DNA of 64,000 bases, from the NCBI GenBank assembly GCA_049964915.1, contig JBMFWV010000001.1:13596-77595 (forward strand), read 5' to 3'. Of the stretch, positions 30,575-38,824 are shown piece after piece (within the stretch, counting starts at the first letter, position 1; every line of letters begins with the position of its first letter). Below the pieces are notes generated by a model. That model saw only the letters and a list, made by a program, of their open reading frames with translations, was not told the origin of the DNA and did not search any database. The translations under genes and the position numbers were made by a program. This DNA is from Rhizomicrobium sp. (lineage in GTDB: Bacteria; Pseudomonadota; Alphaproteobacteria; Micropepsales; Micropepsaceae).

Positions 30575-30608
30575 GAAAGGCGGTCCGCGTCTGGCGCGGC
30601 CGCCTTTC
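30575..30608. terminator. Intrinsic terminator hairpin, probably bidirectional
   Basis: GAAAGGCGG-T-CCGCG-TCTGG-CGCGG-CCGCCTTTC, with A/T flanks on both sides, between lpdA/sORF and the convergent tRNA. Confidence 0.75.
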
Positions 30609-30641
30609 AGATTCTGATACATCTGTTACGCAGGCAGAAAG

Positions 30642-30970
30642 TGGTGCGGGCGGCCGGACTTGAACCGGCACAGGCCTTTCGGCCCTACGGATTTTCATAC
30701 CACTTCGGCTTTCGCCGCCCGCATCGCCTTACCCTTGGGTCTGCGACGGGTTCGTGGTCTGGACTATCCCTTCACCCTGGCGTCGCCGCTTTAGGTGCTG
30801 CCCGTCTAGTCTCTACACCTTCCGCCGGAGCTGCGCTCTGGCGGCTTGGCTCGGGATTGCCAGCAAAGGATTCCCCGAATTTGAGCAGTTCTGCACCGCA
30901 GGTTTCCCTGCGGGCACTCAAGTCAAATGGCTTTTAAGTCCGTTGCGTCTACCGATTTCGCCACGCCCGC
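30642..30970 (-). tRNA. trnL-UAA: tRNA-Leu(UAA), intron-containing: exon 1 30970-30936, exon 2 30695-30642; 89 nt spliced, CCA encoded
   Basis: Acceptor stem GCGGGCG/CGCCCGC-ACCA, D arm GGCGAAATCGGTAGACGC, anticodon stem ACGGA/TCCGT with loop CT-T|AA-AA after joining, long variable arm AGGGCCGAAAGGCCT, T arm GCCGGTTCAAGTCCGGC. Confidence 0.95.
30696..30935 (-). ncRNA. Group I self-splicing intron (240 nt), trnL-UAA/IC3-like, no ORF
   Basis: P1 ACUU/GAGU with U-G splice pair; P2 CCGCAGG-GAAA-CCUGCGG; P3 CUGCUC/GGGCAG; P element AAAUUCGGGGAA, Q GGCAAUCCCGAGCC; R GUAGAGACUA and S AAGGGAUAGUCC (P7 GACUA/UAGUC); ACCAC/GUGGU closing; CGGC-GAAA-GCCG; terminal G. Confidence 0.93.
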
Positions 30971-31177
30971 AGAGCCGGCCCGATACATAGCCTTAAGCGG
31001 GCATAGGGCCAACCCGGCAAGAGCAGATTGTGCGCTGGTTTGCGACGGCCTTCAGCGATGGTGACGGGTGGCCGCCGCTGGTGATTTGAGTTGCGGACAT
31101 AATTTTATACAACCTGCAGTAGATTGCTCATGTCTTTTACGAGTATTATCATATACTTAACGCACTACAGAGCTGCA

Positions 31178-31205
31178 TTGACAGACGCCGCGCCCTGACT
31201 ATAGT
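31178..31205 (+). promoter_or_regulatory. Sigma70 promoter of rpsD
   Basis: TTGACA-N16-TATAGT, about 55 nt upstream of the ATG. Confidence 0.75.
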
Positions 31206-31259
31206 GCGCGCCTTCCGAAGGAGCCCAGCTCCTTCTCCACGCCTATTGTCGGAACAAAA

Positions 31260-31877
31260 ATGTCCAAACGTAGTACGACCAAATACAAGCTTGATCGCCG
31301 CCTGGGTGAAAACCTTTGGGCCCGCCCCAAAAGCCCAGTCAATAAGCGCTCATACGGTCCAGGACAGCATGGCCAGCGCCGCGCCAAAAAGCTCTCCGAC
31401 TACGGTACCCAGCTGCAAGCCAAGCAGAAGCTGAAGGGCTATTACGGCAATATCACGGAAAAGCAGTTTCGCCGCTACTATGCCGAAGCTTCCCGTCGTC
31501 CCGGCGATACTGGCGAGAACATGATCGGCCTGCTTGAAAGGCGGCTCGATGCAGTGGTGTTCCGCGCCAAGTTTGTGCCCACCCCCTTTGCGGCCCGGCA
31601 GCTCGTCAATCACGGCCATGTCAAGGTCAATGGCCGGCGCGTCACGATTTCCTCCTACCTCGTGAAGGAAGGTGATGTCCTGGAGCTATCCGGCAAGGCC
31701 AAGGAGATGGCCCTTGTCATTGAGGCGTCAAAATCCGCTGAACGCGATACGCCCGACTATATTGAAGTCGATCATAACCACATGACCGCCAAATATCTGC
31801 GGACGCCGCGTCTGGGTGATGTGCCTTACGCCGTGCAGATGCAGCCCAGTCTCGTGGTCGAATATTATTCGCGCTAA
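31260..31877 (+). CDS. rpsD: 30S ribosomal protein S4
   Basis: [53 protein letters not shown]. Confidence 0.99.
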   Translation: MSKRSTTKYKLDRRLGENLWARPKSPVNKRSYGPGQHGQRRAKKLSDYGTQLQAKQKLKGYYGNITEKQFRRYYAEASRRPGDTGENMIGLLERRLDAVVFRAKFVPTPFAARQLVNHGHVKVNGRRVTISSYLVKEGDVLELSGKAKEMALVIEASKSAERDTPDYIEVDHNHMTAKYLRTPRLGDVPYAVQMQPSLVVEYYSR

Positions 31878-31903
31878 ACGCCGCGATCCACACTGGTTAA
31901 GCC

Positions 31904-31932
31904 AAGGCCGTGGGCATTGCCCGCGGCCTTTT
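31904..31932 (+). terminator. Rho-independent terminator of rpsD
   Basis: AAGGCCGTGGGC-ATT-GCCCGCGGCCTTTT. Confidence 0.8.
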
Positions 31933-32047
31933 GCGATTGAGCATCGCCGTGCGGTGGCAGTCTCTGGCCCACCATACGATCGGTCCGCGCCCCGCCAGCA
32001 TCGGCAAGACCTATGCTCCCAGATCCTGCTCTGGCTGACTGCATGGT

Positions 32048-33628
32048 TCAAACGACACCGCTGGTGGCACCGGACAAGACGTCCAGCTCACGTCGCATCT
32101 CCTGCGTGAACTCTGCGTCGGAACTTACAGGGCGCAGCCGCTCAACAAACTCAAAGCCACAGGCCTTAAGCGGAGTGAGGTCACAATCTTCTTGCACGCC
32201 TTCAGCAATGGTAGCGACACCAAGTTCGCGGCACACCGTAACCAGACCACGCACCAGCGCAAGCTGCCGGGTACCTTGATCAAGCCTCTGCATCAGGCTG
32301 CGGTCAAAGCTTACGAAGTCGAGGTGAACCTCTGGCAGCCAGCGCAGAAGTTCTGCGCCAGAACCCGTCTCTGCAAGCCCGACTTCAATACCCAGCTTCT
32401 GCAACAGTGTCACCACGTGCGAAACGCAATCCAGATCTTCAATCCCTTCACTGCCAGTGATGATGATCTTCAATCGTCCACACAGTCCAACCTGCGCAGC
32501 CAAAAAGCTACAGAGAACGCTACAGCCAAAGGGAGATGCCAGGGTCTGTCCTGATATGTTGAGCGCAAGTTTGGCATCAGCACAGGCAGCCAGTGCCGCC
32601 AGGCTTCGGCTCACCAGTGCCAGATCAAGGATGTCCGCCGGACTGACCAGTTCCGCAGCATCGAGAATTGCCTTCGTGTCCAGATCAAGGTCGAGATGCG
32701 CGTCCGTGCGGTGATGGACGGTCACCCCGTCACTGAGGCGAATGACCGGCATGACGACTACGTGAAGATGGCTCTTCAGCACTGTCTCCGTCAGATGGCG
32801 CAGATGGCCATCAATCTCATCAACCATTTGGGCAAACGCCTGACCAATACCAAGCCGAGCTTGAGACGGCGGACGGACATGTGTCACCAAGCGCGCGCTA
32901 TGGCGTACGGCCAAAAACCTCTGTTCCTCGCTGAGTTCGTCATCAGAAAGATCAATCGCACACTGAGCAAGCTGAAGATGCCCAAGCTCTTCTTCATCCA
33001 GAACGTTCCCGAGGGCTTCGTCCAGATGTACCGGGCCGCTGGCCGAACAGATCACTCCGAAGGTCGAGGGCCCCAGCTGTCCTGCTCCACAACAGCCAAC
33101 GCCACGCAGAACTGCCCCCAGGCGCGCCAGCAGGCGCTCTGCCCGCGCCGAGGACAGCTGTGCCAGTGCCTCGCCAAAGCCGTGAATATCGACCAGAAGC
33201 AGAACCGTCTTGTCCGTGCCCAACTGACTGGCCAGCTGCAGAAAGCCTTCGTTCTCAATAAGGCCGGTGCGCGCATTGATGGTACCAGCTGCACCACGGC
33301 GGCTTCCAGGATGGCTCAGTGTACAAAAAATATGGTCACCGTCTTGTGGCAGACGGCACAGCGACAACAGTCTCGTGCGTCCATCGGTAAGTCGAACAGC
33401 GATGGGCCCAAGCCTTCCGGCCTGCGGCAGATCCCGAAACAGGGCCCTTACCTTGATAGCATCGACCGGTGCAAAAAGGCTCGCGATCTCTTGTCCCGGA
33501 GCAATACTGCCCGCAGCGAACTCGTTCAGTGCCCCAGCGGCAAAGCTGATCTGCAACGCCGCATCGACTTCCACGAGCATGTCTGCGCTGGCGAAGGCAA
33601 AGCCAAGGAAGCGGATAACAGTCGACAT
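32048..33628 (-). CDS. Degenerate GGDEF-EAL protein
   Basis: Retains EAL scaffold (LALNISG, FDRS, TIAEGVQ) but lacks EAL, ELTE and DDFG; N-terminus RFLGFAFASADMLVEVD is sensor-like. Confidence 0.75.
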   Translation of the reverse strand: MSTVIRFLGFAFASADMLVEVDAALQISFAAGALNEFAAGSIAPGQEIASLFAPVDAIKVRALFRDLPQAGRLGPIAVRLTDGRTRLLSLCRLPQDGDHIFCTLSHPGSRRGAAGTINARTGLIENEGFLQLASQLGTDKTVLLLVDIHGFGEALAQLSSARAERLLARLGAVLRGVGCCGAGQLGPSTFGVICSASGPVHLDEALGNVLDEEELGHLQLAQCAIDLSDDELSEEQRFLAVRHSARLVTHVRPPSQARLGIGQAFAQMVDEIDGHLRHLTETVLKSHLHVVVMPVIRLSDGVTVHHRTDAHLDLDLDTKAILDAAELVSPADILDLALVSRSLAALAACADAKLALNISGQTLASPFGCSVLCSFLAAQVGLCGRLKIIITGSEGIEDLDCVSHVVTLLQKLGIEVGLAETGSGAELLRWLPEVHLDFVSFDRSLMQRLDQGTRQLALVRGLVTVCRELGVATIAEGVQEDCDLTPLKACGFEFVERLRPVSSDAEFTQEMRRELDVLSGATSGVV

Positions 33629-33670
33629 GGATAATTTCCGGGGGCCGGGTGCAGATTGGCGGACGTGGTA

Positions 33671-33685
33671 TTAGGGTCGGGTTAA
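33671..33685 (-). promoter_or_regulatory. CtrA-like box upstream of the degenerate EAL gene
   Basis: Minus strand TTAA-CCCGACC-CTAA (one mismatch), about 45 nt upstream of the start. Confidence 0.45.
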
Positions 33686-33745
33686 AATGGTCATCAGCCT
33701 ACGTCAATCTTGGCCAGGGCAGATGATGGTAGCCGCTGCCTTGCC

Positions 33746-34492
33746 CTATCGGCGAGCAGCAAGGGCCCGCCCAAACGCCGCAAAGAGCGTCCGGCTTTCG
33801 AGATTTTCCGACCACTGCCATTCGGGATGCCATTGCACCGACAGGGCAAAATTTGGTGCCCTCTCGACTGAAATGGCTTCGATGGTGCCGTCATCGGCCA
33901 GGGCCTCGATCCGCAGACCAGCGGCCAGGCGATCGATTGCCTGCCCATGCAAAGAGTTGACGGCAAAGCGCCGCCGTTCCAGCAGCGTTTCGAGCACTCC
34001 ACCGGACTGAACGGTTACGTCGTGTGCAGGAGCATACTTCGCCTCGATCCCCTGTTTGGCGTCATCGCTGTGATCGAAGCGGCCGGGCACCTCTCGCACG
34101 TGCTGGAACAGCGTGCCCCCGAAGGCAACATTGAGCTCCTGATGTCCGCGGCAAATGAACAGACAAGGCTTGGCTGCGGCGATAGCGGCGCGGATTAGCG
34201 GCAGAGTGGTGGCGTCGCGGTGTGTATCGGCAAGATTTCCGGGACGAGGCTCATCACCGCCGTAATAGGCAGGATCGACGTTCGATGCCGAGCCCGTCAG
34301 CAACAGGCCGTCGACATGTGCCAGCACAAATTCGGGCTCAAGCGCCGGATCAAGAGAAGGAATAAGAAGCGGAAACGCCGCAGCACCATCGCGTATCGCA
34401 GAAATATATTTTTCGCCGGCCATATGAAACGGATGGCCGTTTAAGGGTCTGCGATCGCAAACAATGCCGACAAGTGGTGGCTGACGCGTCAT
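33746..34492 (-). CDS. Gamma-glutamyl-gamma-aminobutyrate hydrolase family (peptidase C26, PuuD-like)
   Basis: DGLLLTGSASNV, FICRGHQELNVAFGG, VNSLHGQAI, VQWHPE. Confidence 0.92.
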   Translation of the reverse strand: MTRQPPLVGIVCDRRPLNGHPFHMAGEKYISAIRDGAAAFPLLIPSLDPALEPEFVLAHVDGLLLTGSASNVDPAYYGGDEPRPGNLADTHRDATTLPLIRAAIAAAKPCLFICRGHQELNVAFGGTLFQHVREVPGRFDHSDDAKQGIEAKYAPAHDVTVQSGGVLETLLERRRFAVNSLHGQAIDRLAAGLRIEALADDGTIEAISVERAPNFALSVQWHPEWQWSENLESRTLFAAFGRALAARR

Positions 34493-34532
34493 GGTGAGCG
34501 GCTAGCACGGCAGTCTCCGGCCGACAAGGGTG

Positions 34533-35153
34533 CTAGTCTGACTGCCCCTTGGTAAAGCGGTTGCGTTCCTCCAGCACAAACAGGGAGGGTTTTAACTGGA
34601 CAGCAATTTCAACGTTCTGCAGAGCGATGGTGGTCTTAAGGCCCTGCGGGTCGAGCACAGTCCACTGACGCAGCTCATAGCCTGGATCTGAGAAGACCAA
34701 CGTGACGGTTCCGGAGACCTTCTTGTCCGTCGAACGTGCCTTGACGATGAGCGAGCTGCCCTCGCGATTAACGGCAATGATGTTGGGATTGTTAGCCAGA
34801 TCGAGTTTGTTGGACAGCACCAGATCAAGCGGGGTCGAGACCAGTGGATAGCGGTCGACGGTATCAAGTTTGGTGTTCTTGACCGCTACCGTCACCCCAT
34901 TGGAAACAATCAGTGTGTCTGAAGGCGAGGCATATGCAAAACGGACTCGTCCAGGCTTTTCGATCCAGAACTTGCCATTTTCCAGACTGCCATTGGGATC
35001 GATCTGTACGAACGCTCCCTTCATGGTCTTGATCGAGTTGAGGGCCTGCGAAAGTTTGTCGAGTTCAGCTTTCTGAGCCGCATCAAAGCCCGCAGCCCTG
35101 CCAGCAGTGGCAGAGAGAGCAAGGAAAAGGGCAGCTATAACAAGCGAGCGCAT
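34533..35153 (-). CDS. lolA: Outer-membrane lipoprotein carrier LolA
   Basis: Signal peptide; KGAFVQ, GKFWIEKPGRVRFAY, LIVSNG, YPLVSTPL, LRQWTVLDPQG. Confidence 0.88.
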   Translation of the reverse strand: MRSLVIAALFLALSATAGRAAGFDAAQKAELDKLSQALNSIKTMKGAFVQIDPNGSLENGKFWIEKPGRVRFAYASPSDTLIVSNGVTVAVKNTKLDTVDRYPLVSTPLDLVLSNKLDLANNPNIIAVNREGSSLIVKARSTDKKVSGTVTLVFSDPGYELRQWTVLDPQGLKTTIALQNVEIAVQLKPSLFVLEERNRFTKGQSD

Positions 35154-35193
35154 GGCCCTACTTAGGATCAGATTGTGGCGGGAACAAGAGCCC

Positions 35194-35826
35194 TCAGGCA
35201 GGTACTGTCGTTACGCGACCGTGGCGCTGGTGAGCCTGGCTCTGCGGACAGATCCCCTGGATGAGGAGTGTCAGAACGCCCTCGAGTTCGCGCTCCAGTG
35301 CGGGCAATGTGAGCTTCGACCACAGCTGCGGGTAGCGGAATTTCATGGTTGCTGCTTGCACCATTTCCGCGACGTACTCCTTGTCGTCGCAGTTCAGCTC
35401 TCCACGCCGCTCGGCCTCCTCCAAAAGTTCGACCAGTATCTTGCGCTCCGTAGCCAGCATCCAGTTGGCAAATTCCGGACGCTCCCGGGCGATCACGCTG
35501 GCCATTTCATAGGCGCGCGGATCCTTTTCCAATTTATGATAGGTGCGACGCAACTCCTCAAACAGCAGATCGTGCAGCCGCTGGCGGGTATCTCGGGCAG
35601 GTGCCACCGCCACCTTGCGCAGTGACGTCAGGTGCTTTTCAAAGTCTTCGGTCGCTATGGCTTCGGCGATGTCGAGCTTGCCAGGGAAAAACCGGTAAAG
35701 ATTGCCAGGCGACATCGCACAATCCGACGCCACTTCGGCCATTGTGGTCTTGCCATAGCCAAAATGGGAGAAGCGCTTTTTCGCCGCCTCAACGATCTTG
35801 CAGCGGACCGTGTCCTTGCCCGACAT
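35194..35826 (-). CDS. TetR/AcrR family transcriptional regulator
   Basis: AAKKRFSHFGYGKTTMAEVA...SPGNLYRFFPGK. Confidence 0.93.
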   Translation of the reverse strand: MSGKDTVRCKIVEAAKKRFSHFGYGKTTMAEVASDCAMSPGNLYRFFPGKLDIAEAIATEDFEKHLTSLRKVAVAPARDTRQRLHDLLFEELRRTYHKLEKDPRAYEMASVIARERPEFANWMLATERKILVELLEEAERRGELNCDDKEYVAEMVQAATMKFRYPQLWSKLTLPALERELEGVLTLLIQGICPQSQAHQRHGRVTTVPA

Positions 35827-35948
35827 TGCGCCTCCTTTAAAACCACGATTGTCTATCTAGCCAAGGACATGAAGGTAGCACGAAAACCTAAATGTTCAAC
35901 AATTCGTTCAATCTTCGCAGTGCAGCATGGGTCGGAGCGGCATAAAAA

Positions 35949-36938
35949 ATGAGCGTTAGTCCAGAGGCTTACCAGAGCATCGGCGTCGTGGGTGCGGGTG
36001 CTTGGGGCACCGCCCTGGCGATCACCGCGGCGTCAGCCGGCTGCCGCGTTAGCCTCTGGGGACGCGACCGTGCCCGCATGCAGGAACTGGCCCGCGAGCG
36101 CGGAGCCCACCGGAGCCTGCCCGAAATCCGACTCCCCGACGGGGTGATGCCTACCGCCGAGCTTGCTGAGGTCTGCGCGAGTCAGGCGCTGCTCATTGCG
36201 GTGCCGGCGCAGCACTTGCGCGCATGCGTCCTGGCCCTGGCGCCATTTACTCCTGCGCAGTTGCCGGCGGTCATCTGCGCCAAAGGGGTGGAGCAGCAAA
36301 GCGGTCTGCTGATGAACGAAGTGCTGGAGCAGGCGGCTCCCCAGCTACTCCCGGCGATGCTCTCCGGCCCCTCCTTTGCGCGCGACGTCGCCCTTGGCCT
36401 GCCCACAGCCGTGACCATCGCCGCGCAAATCGCAACCGCCGAGCGCCTGCAGGCTACCCTCAGTTCAAGTTCTTTTCGCCCCTATGCCAGCGACGACTTA
36501 ACCGGAGTCGCGCTCGGCGGAGCGGCAAAAAATGTCTACGCGATTGCCTGTGGCATCGTCGAAGGCCTGCACCTGGGCGAGAGCGCGCGCGCCGCCCTGC
36601 TGGCCCGCGCTTTTGCCGAACTCACGCGCTTGGGTGAGGCTTTGGGGGCGCGGCGTGAGACCCTGATGGGACTATCCGGCCTGGGTGATCTTGTCCTGAC
36701 CGCAACCAGTCGCACGTCACGGAATTTTTCACGCGGTATTGCCATCGGTGAAAGGCGGGCTCAGCCACCTCACGCATTGGCGGAAGGCGTTTACACAGCA
36801 CCCGCCCTGGTGACACGGGCACAAAGACATGGCATCGAGCTGCCGATCGCAGAAGCCGTTGCCGACATCCTAAGTGGCAAGCTTGCACTCGAGCACGCCG
36901 CGGTCCGGCTGATGCAACGGCCACTCAAAGCGGAGTAA
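35949..36938 (+). CDS. gpsA: NAD(P)H-dependent glycerol-3-phosphate dehydrogenase
   Basis: GAGAWGTALA, CAKGVE, LSGPSFA, GGAAKNVYAIA, GLSGLGDLVLT, SRN. Confidence 0.96.
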   Translation: MSVSPEAYQSIGVVGAGAWGTALAITAASAGCRVSLWGRDRARMQELARERGAHRSLPEIRLPDGVMPTAELAEVCASQALLIAVPAQHLRACVLALAPFTPAQLPAVICAKGVEQQSGLLMNEVLEQAAPQLLPAMLSGPSFARDVALGLPTAVTIAAQIATAERLQATLSSSSFRPYASDDLTGVALGGAAKNVYAIACGIVEGLHLGESARAALLARAFAELTRLGEALGARRETLMGLSGLGDLVLTATSRTSRNFSRGIAIGERRAQPPHALAEGVYTAPALVTRAQRHGIELPIAEAVADILSGKLALEHAAVRLMQRPLKAE

Positions 36939-36946
36939 ACTCCCAC

Positions 36947-37237
36947 ATGCTTTTCGTGATTTCTTCTCTCGACCGCAAGGATGCCCTTGAGCTGCGCCTG
37001 GCCACCCGCCAGGCCCATCTTGCCTATGTGCGCGACAACCAGAGGGTGCGTCTTGGCGGTCCATTCCTCGATGAGGCAGGCAATATGGTGGGTAGCCTGA
37101 TCGTGTTCGAAGCAGATGATCTTGCCCAGGCGCAGGCCTTTGCTGCGAATGATCCCTATACCAAGGCCGGCCTCTTTGAGAGCGTCTCGGTAAGACCCTG
37201 GAAGTCCACGATCAACGCCTGCGGAGCAGAGCTCTGA
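36947..37237 (+). CDS. YciI family protein
   Basis: RLATRQAHLAY, GGPFL, GSLIV, NDPYTKAGL. Confidence 0.92.
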   Translation: MLFVISSLDRKDALELRLATRQAHLAYVRDNQRVRLGGPFLDEAGNMVGSLIVFEADDLAQAQAFAANDPYTKAGLFESVSVRPWKSTINACGAEL

Positions 37238-37650
37238 TGGCGTTCTGGCTGTTCAAAAGCGAGCCCTCCAGCTGGTCTTGGGAGCAACAGCTGCAAAGAG
37301 GTGCTGCGGGAGAGCCCTGGAGCGGCGTACGCAATTTCCAGGCCGCCAATAACATGAAGGCGATGCAGCTAGGAGACCGGGGCTTTTTTTACCATTCGGT
37401 GCACGAGAAGCGGATCATGGGGATCGTGGAAGTCATTGGTCCCTATCGGCCCGACCCCACCGATAGCTCTGGCCGATTCGGCCTCGTCGATGTCAGAGCA
37501 GTCTGTGCCCTGCCAACACCAGTAACGCTGGCCGAGATCAAGGCCAATCCTCGACTTTCCGGCATGGCGTTGCTGCGGCAGTCCCGTCTCTCGGTACAGC
37601 CCGTGGCGGAGAAGGAATGGCGCGAAATCTGCCGCATGGGCGGAGTATGA
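37237..37650 (+). CDS. EVE domain protein
   Basis: FWLFKSEP, WSGVRNFQAANNMKAM, FFYHS, LLRQSRLSVQPV; TGATG overlap with yciI. Confidence 0.95.
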   Translation: MAFWLFKSEPSSWSWEQQLQRGAAGEPWSGVRNFQAANNMKAMQLGDRGFFYHSVHEKRIMGIVEVIGPYRPDPTDSSGRFGLVDVRAVCALPTPVTLAEIKANPRLSGMALLRQSRLSVQPVAEKEWREICRMGGV

Positions 37651-37675
37651 TACCTGCCGGCCCCCGGTCACGTAG

Positions 37676-38137
37676 TCAGTGCCGCTCGTAGATTACCCCG
37701 CCACTTTTACCGCCCTGTGTCACTGCGAAGAGTGAAAGGCACTTGGCGTTCTTAAGGTCCGGACAAACAAAATCACCAATGACGCCATAGAGCGCCGCCG
37801 GCGTGCGGGCGATGCACAGATAGCGTCCGGGCTTGGACGTGCGGCGGGGACGTTTTTCGACCAGGGTCGCATAGGATGGCAATACGCCCAAACTCTTGGC
37901 CTGCTTGACAGCCTCGGGGCAAAAATCATGCGCGGCGGCGTGCATCTGCTTTTCCGTCTTCTGTTCGGCAGCGATCTTGCGGGTGACCTGCGCACGCAGG
38001 AGCAAAATCTCGCGCCGCGCCGCCACGCCCAGATAGGTCCCCACGCCAAGCGCCATGGTAAAACCGATGAGCAGCACCAAACGCGTCACCAGCCATTCCC
38101 GCTTCAACGCGGGCAAAACATCATCGGGTTCACTCAT
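37676..38137 (-). CDS. Hypothetical single-pass membrane protein
   Basis: N-terminal hydrophobic segment, coiled region, four Cys in the C-terminal half. Confidence 0.6.
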   Translation of the reverse strand: MSEPDDVLPALKREWLVTRLVLLIGFTMALGVGTYLGVAARREILLLRAQVTRKIAAEQKTEKQMHAAAHDFCPEAVKQAKSLGVLPSYATLVEKRPRRTSKPGRYLCIARTPAALYGVIGDFVCPDLKNAKCLSLFAVTQGGKSGGVIYERH

Positions 38138-38293
38138 TGACTGACCTTTAGCACCACCAGCAAATCACTCGTGGCGGGGGAACATAGCAGGCGCGCAGTC
38201 ATGCGCGAATTGGCTTGGTGAAAGCTACACACAAAAAGACGGCCGCAGCCTCAAGTGGGCGCGGCCGTTGAGGGGGGAGCTGAAAGGGAAGCC

Positions 38294-38668
38294 TCAGGAG
38301 GCCTTGCCGACACCCACGCTACGGGACAGCGTAATCTTGCGTCCACCATCGACCAGGGAGCCACGGAAACCGTGCGCCGATTTCTGAAGCACGGCCACAA
38401 GCGAGCCGGCATTTCCCGAAAGTTCGAGATTCGAGCCAATAAGATGCCAATGGGTCACGGTAAATAGCCCACCGGGACAGTTGGCAGCGGAGGTAATTTG
38501 GCCCCGCCCACCGTCCGCGTCCGAGCTCAGCGTCACAGTGCAGGACGTGCTGCCGCTAACATGATAGGTCCATGCCCCGGCAAGGCCCTGTGCTGCGGAG
38601 GCCGAAACCGATCCAAGCCCTATTCCGAGGACCACACCGGCAAACATTAGTGGTAATTTTCTGGTCAT
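38294..38668 (-). CDS. AprI/Inh family (I38) protease-inhibitor-like exported protein
   Basis: Signal peptide; LAGAWT...CTVTLS...C...W...LEL...ITLSR pattern. Confidence 0.7.
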   Translation of the reverse strand: MTRKLPLMFAGVVLGIGLGSVSASAAQGLAGAWTYHVSGSTSCTVTLSSDADGGRGQITSAANCPGGLFTVTHWHLIGSNLELSGNAGSLVAVLQKSAHGFRGSLVDGGRKITLSRSVGVGKAS

Positions 38669-38824
38669 TTAAATAACTTCTTTAGCATTCAGGATTCTCA
38701 CCTATACGGCTCGAGGAGGCTCCTGAGAATTGCAAATTTGGCATGGCCAGGATGAGCGTGGAGCAGAGCAACCCGTGCTCCGCGGCCAGTTCTGGCCTCC
38801 CCCCTTGGCGGCAGGGAACGGACC

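Noticed and set aside
30360-30641. Integrated element at the tRNA 3' end
   Set aside because: No integrase, no duplicated tRNA 3' end (att site), and core genes flank directly.
30545-30937. 130-aa ORF over the intron (possible homing endonuclease)
   Set aside because: Antisense to the tRNA, no LAGLIDADG/GIY-YIG/HNH motif, and the intron is only 240 nt.
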